Shown: piece by piece, positions 26,491-35,186 of the stretch | Layout: each line of letters opens with the position of its first letter | How positions within the stretch are numbered: position 1 is the stretch's first letter | NCBI GenBank assembly: GCA_009391835.1 | Contig: QWJF01000001.1 | Span: forward strand, 2,726-66,725 | Source: Chloroflexota bacterium | GTDB lineage: Bacteria; Chloroflexota; Anaerolineae; Anaerolineales; UBA11579 | Length of the DNA: 64,000 nucleotides | Reading direction: 5' to 3' | Program-made: the position numbers and the translations under genes | The notes under the pieces: model-generated | What the model was told of the DNA's origin: nothing | The model's input: the letters and a program-made list of their open reading frames with translations, nothing else | Database searches by the model: none

Positions 26491-26529
26491 AGCGGCGGAA
26501 TTATATCATCGCGGCCCCACCCGGCTTTT

Positions 26530-27435
26530 TTACCAATTTTGCGCGTACCAGCGCAAATAGGTCTCGGTGTGGCTCATCCAATAGGATTCCGTATGCGCGC
26601 CGGGGAAGAGATGCCATTCATGCGGGATGCCTTTCTCGTTCAGCAGCCCCTCAAACCACAGCGCCGAATTCAGGATTTCGGGACGGTCGCGCTCGCCGAT
26701 GTCCAGCCAAATGCGCGGCATCTGCGTCGCATCAATCCCGTCCAGCCAGCCGCGCACCTTGCCGGCGTCTTCCACGAACACCGGTGGGCTGTGACCGGCC
26801 ATCGCCCCAAATAACTGCGGGTACAACATTCCAAAGTGCAGTGCCCAGGAAGCCCCGCGCGACAAACCACCTACCGCCCGATAATCCCTTTCTTCAAGCG
26901 TCCGGTAATTCTCCGCTATCCAGGGCAATAATTCCTCAATCACCGCCTCGCCGAATTGGTCCACCGCGGGTTGCGCCGAGGAGCGGTCGTAGGGCATCAC
27001 AATCAGAAAGGGCGCTATGTCGCCGGCGGAAATTAGCTGATCGGCTGTTTCGTCTGCGCCCAGGCGGTCCCATTGGTCATCATTGAAGGTCTGTCCGTGG
27101 ATTAGATAGAGCACCGGGAAGGAGCGCTGCGCCTGCTCAGCATAACAGGGCGGTGTGTACACGCGAAAGCGCAGACCCGCATCAAGAAATTGCGACTCGA
27201 TCTCAAGGATTTCTACCTCTCCGCGGCGCGCCAGGCAATCCCCGCGCTGCATGGTTGGCGAGGGAGCGTCTTTTTCTGGCGTGCGGGGTGTGGCGCTCGC
27301 CGCCGCGGGAATCGACTGGTTGGTTTCTGAGGCGTGGGCCGGTGGAGACTCGGCGCCCGCGTCTGGAGTTATGCCGCACGACGACAGCAATCCCGCAGCC
27401 AGCCATACACCCCAAGCCATTCGTTTCATTCGCAT
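26530..27435 (-). CDS. Secreted alpha/beta hydrolase (putative esterase / esterase-D-like family)
   Basis: Signal peptide plus lipobox LLSSCG. Nucleophile elbow GLSRGA. YLIHGQ.... Confidence 0.68.
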   Translation of the reverse strand: MRMKRMAWGVWLAAGLLSSCGITPDAGAESPPAHASETNQSIPAAASATPRTPEKDAPSPTMQRGDCLARRGEVEILEIESQFLDAGLRFRVYTPPCYAEQAQRSFPVLYLIHGQTFNDDQWDRLGADETADQLISAGDIAPFLIVMPYDRSSAQPAVDQFGEAVIEELLPWIAENYRTLEERDYRAVGGLSRGASWALHFGMLYPQLFGAMAGHSPPVFVEDAGKVRGWLDGIDATQMPRIWLDIGERDRPEILNSALWFEGLLNEKGIPHEWHLFPGAHTESYWMSHTETYLRWYAQNW

Positions 27436-27446
27436 GCATGCACCTT

Positions 27447-27480
27447 AAACAAAAGCGGTGGACTCCGCTTCGTCCACCGC
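27447..27480 (-). terminator. Rho-independent terminator after the molybdoenzyme gene
   Basis: On the minus strand: GCGGTGGAC-8 nt-GTCCACCGC followed by TTTTGTTT. Confidence 0.7.
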
Positions 27481-27499
27481 CCGTTTCCTGTTTATTGGC

Positions 27500-28141
27500 C
27501 TATCGAGAGAAGCGTTCTTCTTTCCATATATCGGCTCGATTGTGATAGCCAGCCTGCTCCCAGAAACCCAGGCGATCTTCCTTTAAGAATTCCAGGCCGC
27601 GCAACCATTTGGCGCCCTTCCAAAAGTAGGGCGATTCAAGCTCGTCGCGCCCCGGTATATGCCCTACTGCGCCGCGCAAGGGATAGCCGTGATCCGGCGT
27701 GATCGGTTCGCCATTGAAATGCGTGGCAAAAAGGAAATTATCGGCCAGCGCCACCTCAACCGGCACATTCACCGTGAAGCCATATTCGGCATGTTGCAGC
27801 AAAAAATTGGCATCTTTGGTCAGTTTGATGAGGCCTTCATCTACCAGGGTCTTCAGCGAGACCCCCTCCCAGGAGGTATCGAACTTGCTCCAGCGGGTAA
27901 CGCAATGAATATCCATCGCCACGGAACTGCGCGGCAGCTTGTTGAATTCGTCCCAACTCCAGCGCAGTTCCTCCTCCACCTCGCCCCAGACCCTCAAATC
28001 CCAGGTGGCAGGATCGAAGCGCGGCACGGGGCCGTAATGCAACACCGGGAATTTTTGAGTCAGCGCCTGTCCGGGTGGTAAGCGCCCTTCACTACGGATC
28101 CGTTCTTCTTCGTCGCGGCGTCTCGTCAAATTGTCGAACAT
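27500..28141 (-). CDS. Sulfite-oxidase-like molybdopterin oxidoreductase (small soluble form)
   Basis: HCVTRWS, NGEPITPDHGYPLR, GAKWLRGLEF (Oxidored_molyb motifs). Confidence 0.78.
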   Translation of the reverse strand: MFDNLTRRRDEEERIRSEGRLPPGQALTQKFPVLHYGPVPRFDPATWDLRVWGEVEEELRWSWDEFNKLPRSSVAMDIHCVTRWSKFDTSWEGVSLKTLVDEGLIKLTKDANFLLQHAEYGFTVNVPVEVALADNFLFATHFNGEPITPDHGYPLRGAVGHIPGRDELESPYFWKGAKWLRGLEFLKEDRLGFWEQAGYHNRADIWKEERFSR

Positions 28142-28206
28142 AGCATCTCCATAATCAGTATATCAGCGCCTTGGTTTAGCCAGAATGAACGTTGTCTAAT
28201 AATACG

Positions 28207-28890
28207 CTACAAGCTGAATACCTCTCCGGGTTGCAGCACGTGCGCCGCGGTATTGGTTTCTTTTCGAACCCGCGCAGCCCAGGCCTCCGCGTCTTGCTCA
28301 ATCACGGCCCAGGAGTTGTAATGCACCGGAATCACATGCTTGGGCTCGATCAATTTCACCGCACGCAGTGCATCGTCCGGCCCCATCGTGAAGGTGTCCC
28401 CAATCGGCAGGAGCGCCAAATCAATCCCTTCCTCGCCGATCAACCGCATGTCGCCAAATAGGCCCGTGTCGCATGCAAAGTAAATTTTTTCTCCCTCAAG
28501 GGATGTCAGCAGAAAACCAGCCTCTATACCTCCATAACTGCCGTCCGGTAAGCCCGAACCGTGGTGAGCTTGAGTCAATTTCAGGTAACCGAATGGATGC
28601 TGGTAGCCACCGCCGATTTGCTGCCCCTGGGTAACGACGCCCTGCTTGGCCAGCCAGGCGCATACTTCGGTAGTCGCTATTCAGGGCGCTCCTGTGCGAA
28701 GGGCAATGCGTGCCGCATCAGCGATATGGTCGTGGTGACCGTGGCTTACCAACACGTAATCAGCCTCAACCTCATCGGGGTCTTGTTCGGTGACTGGATT
28801 GTCGACAAAAAAGGGATCGATCACCAACGTATGCTTTCCCGTAGTTAGTCCAAAGGTTCCGTGGCCGTACCATTTAAGGTCAAATGACAT
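28207..28890 (-). pseudogene. UPF0173-type metal-dependent hydrolase (metallo-beta-lactamase fold) interrupted by one in-frame TGA at 28681-28683
   Basis: The N-part (SHGHHDH motif) and C-part (...FACDTGLF...LPIGDTFTMGP...PVHYN) are in the same frame. Translation across the gap reads ...RTGAP*IATTEVCAWLAKQGVVTQGQQIGGGYQHPFGYLKLTQAHHGSG. Confidence 0.8.
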
Positions 28891-29255
28891 GCTGTCTCCT
28901 TTTTGTTGTTTCAGTTACAACCATAATCTATATAGTTTGATTAATAAATAGTAGTACTACTAGGGCGGTGGATATCTCGGAGAACGATTTCTCGCGCTCC
29001 TTTCTGGCTTCTATATCAAGGATTATCCTCTACCTCCGCTGGATTTTTTCAAAAGAACAAAATTATTTTCTCCACAACTCCTTGTTGAGCATTCAGGAAA
29101 ACAGTCTAGTTATTATCCTAAAAAAGAGAGTCAATTGAGCACACTCATTTCATCCCTCTTTGTAGACACCGTTCCCCAGTCTATCCACAAGCTTGTCCAC
29201 TGCCCAATGATAGAATTCCGACGACAAAGGAATACTCCTTTAGCCACAATTACTA
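28891..29255. other. AT-rich divergent intergenic region with DnaA-box-like 9-mers (candidate oriC or complex regulatory region)
   Basis: Hand count gives about 32-50% G+C per 60-nt line, against GC-rich flanks. It contains six >=7/9 matches to TTATCCACA and the 14-bp palindrome TAGTAGTACTACTA (28949-28962). It sits at a gene-orientation switch. Confidence 0.4.
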
Positions 29256-30146
29256 ATGACCTCTTCGATTCTTCAAGCCCTTATTGTGACCTTTCTCTGG
29301 TCAACCTCCTGGGTGTTGATCAAGATAGGCCTAGGAAATCTTCCTCCCCTAACCTTTGCTGGCCTGCGTTACACAATGGCCTTTCTGATCCTAGTGCCAC
29401 TGCTCTTGGGCAAAGAGCGCCGCCGCGAACTTCAGTCGCTCACGCGCCAGCAATGGGGCAGCCTCTTGCTGCTTGGCATCGTTTACTATACGCTTACCCA
29501 AGGATCCCAGTTCGTCGGGCTCGCCTACCTGCCAGCCAATACTCTCAGCCTCCTGTTGACTCTTAGCGGAATCTCCATTGCCCTGTTTGGACGGCTTTTT
29601 TTGGATGAGCGACTCCGTCCGCATCAGTGGCTCGGGGTCTTCGTCTCTGTGGCAGGCGCGCTGGTCTATTTCGGCGATGTGGGCCCGCTACCTTTCATTG
29701 GCCTGCTTGTGGGCCTGTTTACCGTGTTATCCAATTCCGTTGGCGCTATCATGGGCCGCGCCGTGAACCGTGCGGCGACGATATCGCCGCTGCTGGTCAC
29801 CGTCGTGAGTATGGGCTTTGGTTCGCTGCTGCTCCTTCTTTCCGGCCTGCTCACTGAACCCTTCCCGACCTTTTTAGTTCGCGATTGGCTCATCATCCTT
29901 TGGCTGGCGGCGGCCAACACGGCCTTCGCCTTCACCCTCTGGAATCACACGCTGCGCACCCTAACAGCGGCGCAATCCAGCGTAATCAACAACACGATGC
30001 TGATCCAGATCGCCATCCTGGCCTGGGTCTTTCTCGGTGAGCGCCTTGGTCCAGTCGAAATCCTGGGCTTGGTTATCGCTTCGGCCGGTTCGGTGCTGGT
30101 TCAGCTACAGCGCAAGCCATTAGCCGCCCAGAAGTCACTTAGTTGA
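29256..30146 (+). CDS. EamA/DMT-superfamily transporter
   Basis: About 10 TM helices with two EamA-like halves (ALIVTFLWSTSWVLIK...; ...ANTAFAFTLWNHTLR...). Confidence 0.78.
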   Translation: MTSSILQALIVTFLWSTSWVLIKIGLGNLPPLTFAGLRYTMAFLILVPLLLGKERRRELQSLTRQQWGSLLLLGIVYYTLTQGSQFVGLAYLPANTLSLLLTLSGISIALFGRLFLDERLRPHQWLGVFVSVAGALVYFGDVGPLPFIGLLVGLFTVLSNSVGAIMGRAVNRAATISPLLVTVVSMGFGSLLLLLSGLLTEPFPTFLVRDWLIILWLAAANTAFAFTLWNHTLRTLTAAQSSVINNTMLIQIAILAWVFLGERLGPVEILGLVIASAGSVLVQLQRKPLAAQKSLS

Positions 30147-30167
30147 CCACTCACGCAGCCATTGAGT

Positions 30168-30803
30168 TTACAGATGTGCGCTGTGCTCGGCCATGAAGTC
30201 TAAAATCCCAGTGGCCCGCGCCCCCATAGCTAATATTCTTTCGCTCAGGGACATTTCTGAAACGTACTTTCTAAGGCCTCTACTGAATTGAAGGGAGTTA
30301 AGGGGTTCCCCTTCAATCCTAATGCGGCTGGGCTTTTCTAAAAAGAGAGTTTCACTACTGAAAGCGTCCGAGTGGAGTTTTCCTTCGGCGTTCACCAAAG
30401 CAATCGCTGAGATCCACACCCCCGTTGTTTCGCCACCTAATGAAGCAAATAAACCTGCATAGTAATCAAGCATTTCGTTATCAGAAAGTCGCTTGCCTTC
30501 GGGCCCCTCTCGGCGCACGAACACCCCAGGTTGGTCCGATTCTGTTAAGCCCTCAACAAAAAAGGCTGTGTCTATGGCAAAGCTTTGCACGCCTAGTCGC
30601 TCATACGCGTGCACCGCTTTTTGCTGAGCATTCCCCTCCGGTGTAGGCTCATTTTCTGGCGCTTGTTCCACATTGGGATAGTCAAGCAAGCTGGCAAGGT
30701 TCAGTTCGAGTGGGCTTAACAGCGCGTTGAAGAAACTGAACTTTGCTGGGTTTTTGGTCGCGAAGACAAAATTGCTATCTGGCATGCTTCCAGAGTACAA
30801 CAA
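30168..30803 (-). CDS. Divergent Ham1/ITPase-like non-canonical NTP pyrophosphatase
   Basis: FVFATKNPAKF (cf. ATgNxgK), GNAQQKA, and AIDTAFFVEGL...PGVF (cf. aDDSGL..PGV). G+C is visibly lower than in neighbouring genes. The start could be 30803 or 30785. Confidence 0.4.
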   Translation of the reverse strand: MLYSGSMPDSNFVFATKNPAKFSFFNALLSPLELNLASLLDYPNVEQAPENEPTPEGNAQQKAVHAYERLGVQSFAIDTAFFVEGLTESDQPGVFVRREGPEGKRLSDNEMLDYYAGLFASLGGETTGVWISAIALVNAEGKLHSDAFSSETLFLEKPSRIRIEGEPLNSLQFSRGLRKYVSEMSLSERILAMGARATGILDFMAEHSAHL

Positions 30804-30828
30804 AAAAACGACCGCGCAAGCGATCGTT
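30802..30828 (-). terminator. Rho-independent terminator downstream of tRNA-Leu
   Basis: On the minus strand: ACGATCGC-TTGC-GCGGTCGT followed by T7. Confidence 0.75.
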
Positions 30829-30838
30829 TAATTTTTAG

Positions 30839-30920
30839 TGCCGAAGGTGGGAGTCGAACCCACACTCCCGAAGGAACACGAGTTTGAGTCGTGCGCGTCT
30901 GCCAGTTCCGCCACTTCGGC
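30839..30920 (-). tRNA. tRNA-Leu (anticodon CAA), class II with long variable arm; CCA not encoded
   Basis: Hand-folded cloverleaf: acceptor GCCGAAG/CTTCGGC; D-stem GCG/CGC; anticodon stem CACGA/TCGTG with loop CTCAAAC; variable arm TCC-TTCG-GGA; T-arm GTGGG-TTCGACT-CCCAC; discriminator A. Confidence 0.9.
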
Positions 30921-31011
30921 CTTTTTGGTTGGGGCAAAAGTATAATCTCTGGGCTAGTCAGGGTCAAGCAAAGCCCAAAATTCACGCGTAGCCGCAAGGA
31001 AAACGAAGCTT

Positions 31012-32073
31012 ATGAAGTTAGCCATTATTGGCCTGCCCCAATCCGGCAAAACCACCACTTTCAACGCACTCACCGGTAGCGATCTGGCCCCTACAATGAG
31101 CGCTGGTCGCATTGAGATTCACAAAGCCGTCGTGGATGTGCCCGATGCCCGCCTCCTCGATTTGGCCCGCCTCTTCGAATCCAAAAAAATTGTCCACGCC
31201 CAGATCACCTTTGCCGATGTCGCCGGCCTTGAAACTGCCGGGGCCGGCGAAGGTCTCCCTGGACAGCTGCTCAATGCCCTCAGTGGCATGGACGGCCTTT
31301 TGCTCGTACTGCGCGCTTTCGAGGACGACTCTGTGCCGCACGCCAAAGGCAACGTAGACGCCGCCCGTGACCTGGCCGCGCTGCTCGACGAATTGCTCCT
31401 CAACGACCTCATCGCCGTCGAGCGCAAAATCACACGTCTTGCTGAAGAACGCCAGAAGAGCGGCCGGGATGTGGCGGCTATCGAGCGCGAGCAGGCTTTT
31501 TTCCAGCGCCTGCAGGAAAAGCTCGGCGATGGACAGGCCCTGCGCGACATGCAACTGAGTGACGAAGAACAAGAAGCCCTTTCCGGCTTAGGCCTGCTCA
31601 CCCACAAGCCGCTGCTCATTCTGCTTAACCTGGGTGAAGGCCAGGCCGCGCCCACGCTGGATGCCGGCGCGCTGCCGGTGCTCAATTTGCAGGGCAAGCT
31701 CGAAATGGAGCTGGCTCAATTGCCAGCCGATGAGGCTGCCGAGTTTCTGCAGGAATATGGCCTTGAAGAGAGCAGCGCCCAACGCGCCATCCAGGCCGCC
31801 TTCGATCTACTCAACACGCAAACCTTCTACACCGTGGGCGAGCCCGAAGCGCATGCCTGGATGCTGCCTCGCGGCGCCAGCGCCCTCGAATCCGCCGCTA
31901 CCATCCACAGCGATATCGCCCGCGGCTTCATTCGCGCCGAAATTATTGGAGGGAGCGAACTGCTCGAGTTTGGCGGCATGGCTCCTGCCCGCGATAAGGG
32001 CAAGCTACGCCTCGAAGGCAAAGACTACACCATGCAGGATGGCGATGTGATCAACGTGCGCTTTAACGTATAG
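31012..32073 (+). CDS. ychF: YchF/OLA1-family P-loop GTPase/ATPase
   Basis: MKLAIIGLPQSGKTTTFNALTG, with a TGS-like C-terminus ...YTMQDGDVINVRFNV. Confidence 0.82.
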   Translation: MKLAIIGLPQSGKTTTFNALTGSDLAPTMSAGRIEIHKAVVDVPDARLLDLARLFESKKIVHAQITFADVAGLETAGAGEGLPGQLLNALSGMDGLLLVLRAFEDDSVPHAKGNVDAARDLAALLDELLLNDLIAVERKITRLAEERQKSGRDVAAIEREQAFFQRLQEKLGDGQALRDMQLSDEEQEALSGLGLLTHKPLLILLNLGEGQAAPTLDAGALPVLNLQGKLEMELAQLPADEAAEFLQEYGLEESSAQRAIQAAFDLLNTQTFYTVGEPEAHAWMLPRGASALESAATIHSDIARGFIRAEIIGGSELLEFGGMAPARDKGKLRLEGKDYTMQDGDVINVRFNV

Positions 32074-32235
32074 GATTTTGCGGGGCTGCGCGTCGCACGA
32101 ATCTACTGAAACAGTTCAAATAATCTGAGCCAGGCACTTTTTACATTAGTGAACTGCTGGCCTTGATAGCAAGCCACTAAAAATCCATCGAGTCCAGCAC
32201 CTGCGAAAAATCCCGGCATCCGCATAATTAAGCAT

Positions 32236-33324
32236 ATGCCTGAAAACAAGCTGCCGCTCGATAGCGTCCTGCAAGGCGATTGCGTTGAGCGCCTCGCCGA
32301 ACTACCCCCCGAATCGGTTGATCTTATCTTTGCCGATCCACCCTACAACCTCCAACTCCAAAAGGAGCTGCGCCGCCCCAACAACTCCAAGGTCAATGGC
32401 GTGGACGAGGACTGGGATCGTTTTGATGATTACGCCGCCTACGATGAATTCACGCGCACCTGGCTCGCCGCCTGCCGCCGGGTGCTTAAACCAACCGGCA
32501 CGCTCTGGGTCATCGGCAGTTATCACAACATCCACCGCGTTGGCACCATGCTCCAAAACCTGGACTTCTGGATCCTCAACTCGGTAGTCTGGGTGAAGAG
32601 CAACCCCACGCCCAATTTTCGCGGCGTGCGCTTTACGAACGCTCACGAAGAACTGCTCTGGGTCCAAAAAGAGCAGGGTGCGCCTTACACCTTCAACCAT
32701 CACGCCATGAAGCAACTCAACGAAGAAAAACAAATGCGCAGTGATTGGGTTCTCCCCATCGCCAATGGACATGAACGTCTGCGCAGCAATGGGCACTCCG
32801 CACACCCCACGCAGAAACCCGAAGCGCTGCTCTATCGCGTGATCGCCTCCAGCAGCAATCCCGGCGATGTCGTCCTTGATCCCTTCTTTGGCACCGGGAC
32901 CACGGGCGCGGTGGCAAAACGCTTGCATCGCCGCTGGATCGGCATCGAACAGCAGTCTGATTACATAAAGCTTGCTAAGCAGCGCATTGCTGCGATTGTG
33001 CCCGGCGAATACGAAGAGGAAAACTATCTGAGTCACGAGCCGCGCCGTCTACCGCGCGTCCCCTTCGGGCGTCTGCTGGAATCGGACATGCTGGCTGTCG
33101 GTCAAAAGCTCTATTGGGGCGAACGCGGCCGGGAGACGGCCCGCGTCCTGGCGGACGGGGCCCTCAAGTATAATGGCCGCCGCGGTTCGATCCACCAGAT
33201 CGCAAAACACATTCAATCCGCCCCCGCCAATGGTTGGCAAACCTGGTATTTTGAAGACCCAAAAACGGGTGAGCGCCGTTCGATAGACGAACTGCGCCAG
33301 CAAATTCGCAAGATGGAGAATTAA
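32236..33324 (+). CDS. Beta-class N6-adenine DNA methyltransferase, CcrM-like (DPPY motif, C-terminal RAMA-like domain); no adjacent endonuclease
   Basis: IFADPPYNL (motif IV) precedes VLDPFFGTGTTG (motif I). This beta-class order, the length (362 aa) and the C-terminal ...GSIHQIAKHIQSAPANGWQTWYF all resemble CcrM / M.HinfI-type enzymes. Confidence 0.8.
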   Translation: MPENKLPLDSVLQGDCVERLAELPPESVDLIFADPPYNLQLQKELRRPNNSKVNGVDEDWDRFDDYAAYDEFTRTWLAACRRVLKPTGTLWVIGSYHNIHRVGTMLQNLDFWILNSVVWVKSNPTPNFRGVRFTNAHEELLWVQKEQGAPYTFNHHAMKQLNEEKQMRSDWVLPIANGHERLRSNGHSAHPTQKPEALLYRVIASSSNPGDVVLDPFFGTGTTGAVAKRLHRRWIGIEQQSDYIKLAKQRIAAIVPGEYEEENYLSHEPRRLPRVPFGRLLESDMLAVGQKLYWGERGRETARVLADGALKYNGRRGSIHQIAKHIQSAPANGWQTWYFEDPKTGERRSIDELRQQIRKMEN

Positions 33325-33327
33325 TTC

Positions 33328-35115
33328 ATGGCAGAAGCAAGCACCAAAACCAAGCACGAACTTGGCCCCTGGAGCCTCGACGATCTGTTTCCTGGCCACA
33401 AAAGCAAAGAGGCTAAAACTGCCTTCGACAACCTCGAAGCCAACGTAGCTGCTATTGAAAAAGCCCGCGATCAGCTCACTGCGAAGATTAGCGAGAAAGT
33501 CTTTCTCGCTCTGATAGATAAGATTGAAGCCAACAATCGCCTAGCCTCACGAGTCGCGCAATTTGCCAGCCTCTGGTATTCCGCGGATACACAAAACCAG
33601 GATGCTCAGAGCTTCCAGGCCAAGATCGACCAACTCATGGCGGGCCTCCAAAACCGCACGCTGTTTTTTAGCTTGTGGTGGAAGGCCCTCGACGAAACCA
33701 ACGCCGAACGCCTTATGACTGCCAGTGGAGAGTATGCTTATTGGCTGCGCCAGATTCGAAATTTCAAACCCTACACGCTGACCGAATCCGAAGAGAAAAT
33801 AATCAACATTAAGGATGTCACCGGCGCCAACGCGCTACAAACTATTTACAGTGCAATAACCAATCGCTACACCTACAAGATTAAAATTGACGGGGAGGAG
33901 AAGGAACTTACCCGCGAAGAACTTATGAAGCAGGTCTATAGCACCAATCCTGATATGCGTGCCGCTGCGTATCAGGAGCTTTACCGAATCTACGGCGAAG
34001 AAGCGCCTATTCTTGGCCAGTTGTATCAGGCGTTGATGCGCGATTGGCACAACGAGAATGTGGACCTGCGTAACTTTGCCAGCCCCATCGCTGTGCGCAA
34101 CCTACACAACGATATCCCAGACGAAGTTGTGGACACCTTGCTTGAAGTCGCCGAAGAGAGCAGCAGCGCCTTTCAAAGTTTTTTCAAACTCAAAGCCAAG
34201 CTGCTCGGTATGGAAAAGCTTCGTCGCTATGATATCTATGCGCCGGTTTCTGAATCCAAGAAAGAATATTCCTGGCAGGAAGCTGTGGAAATGACGATGG
34301 CCGCCTTCGCGGATTTCGATCCCAAGGTTGAACAATTGGCCTGGCGCGTGCTGAAGGAAGACCATCTGGATAGCGAAGTGCGCAAGGGCAAACGCGGCGG
34401 CGCCTTTTGTTCATCCGGGGATCCCGCGCTAACACCCTGGGTGCTGATGAATTACACGGGTGGCGCACGCGATATCTCCACGCTGGCCCACGAACTCGGC
34501 CATGCCGTGCACGCCATGTTGGCCGACGACAAGAACTCGCTCAACTACCACGCATCATTGCCCCTGGCCGAAACCGCCTCCACGTTCGCCGAAATGCTGC
34601 TTGTGGAGCGCCTGCTCGAAAACGAAGAAGACGAGTCGGTGCGCCGCGATCTGCTCTTTAGCCAGGTGGATAATGCCTATGCCACGATCATGCGCCAGGT
34701 TTTCTTTGCGCTCTTTGAGCGCCAGGCCCACGCGATGATCCAGGAAGGCGCTTCGGTGGATGAGCTCTCCGCTGCCTACATGAAGAACCTTGAAACCCAA
34801 TTTGGTGATTCTCTCGAAATTGGTGAAGAGTTCAAGTGGGAGTGGGTCTCCATTCCCCACATCTTCTATTACCCCTTCTACGTCTACGCTTACTCTTTCG
34901 GCCAATTGCTAGTCTTTGCGCTATACCAGCAATACAAGGCCGAGGGGGATGCCTTTATTCCGCGCTATCTCGAATTGCTGTCCGCTGGCGGCTCGATGTC
35001 TCCTGAGGAGATCCTAACCCGGGCGGGTGTGGATATGCGCGATCCAACTTTTTGGCAGGGCGGCTTCGATTTCGTAGCGGGCCTCGTCAAAGAGCTAGAG
35101 AAGCTTGCTAATTAA
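33328..35115 (+). CDS. pepF: Oligoendopeptidase F family (M3B metallopeptidase)
   Basis: HELGHAVH zinc motif. 595 aa, typical M3B length. Confidence 0.85.
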   Translation: MAEASTKTKHELGPWSLDDLFPGHKSKEAKTAFDNLEANVAAIEKARDQLTAKISEKVFLALIDKIEANNRLASRVAQFASLWYSADTQNQDAQSFQAKIDQLMAGLQNRTLFFSLWWKALDETNAERLMTASGEYAYWLRQIRNFKPYTLTESEEKIINIKDVTGANALQTIYSAITNRYTYKIKIDGEEKELTREELMKQVYSTNPDMRAAAYQELYRIYGEEAPILGQLYQALMRDWHNENVDLRNFASPIAVRNLHNDIPDEVVDTLLEVAEESSSAFQSFFKLKAKLLGMEKLRRYDIYAPVSESKKEYSWQEAVEMTMAAFADFDPKVEQLAWRVLKEDHLDSEVRKGKRGGAFCSSGDPALTPWVLMNYTGGARDISTLAHELGHAVHAMLADDKNSLNYHASLPLAETASTFAEMLLVERLLENEEDESVRRDLLFSQVDNAYATIMRQVFFALFERQAHAMIQEGASVDELSAAYMKNLETQFGDSLEIGEEFKWEWVSIPHIFYYPFYVYAYSFGQLLVFALYQQYKAEGDAFIPRYLELLSAGGSMSPEEILTRAGVDMRDPTFWQGGFDFVAGLVKELEKLAN

Positions 35116-35132
35116 TCCCGTTTCCGCAAAAC

Positions 35133-35161
35133 AAAAAGCCCGCCACCAGGCGGGCTTTTTT
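35133..35161. terminator. Bidirectional rho-independent terminator
   Basis: AAAAAGCCCGCC-ACCA-GGCGGGCTTTTTT. Confidence 0.8.
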
Positions 35162-35186
35162 ATGATCCAAAATATTTGCTAAGGGG

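Noticed and set aside
28681-28683. Selenocysteine as the reading of the in-frame TGA in the UPF0173 hydrolase.
   Set aside because: From memory of homologs, the aligned position is a hydrophobic, non-catalytic residue rather than Cys. No sel genes are in the window, and the downstream hairpin is weak and unremarkable for GC-rich DNA. It is kept only as a low-probability alternative in the finding.
32099-32194. Two GANTC sites upstream of the CcrM-like gene as an autoregulatory methylation switch.
   Set aside because: From base composition I expect about 0.6 sites in 160 bp, so two sites are not significant. This is mentioned only as a note.
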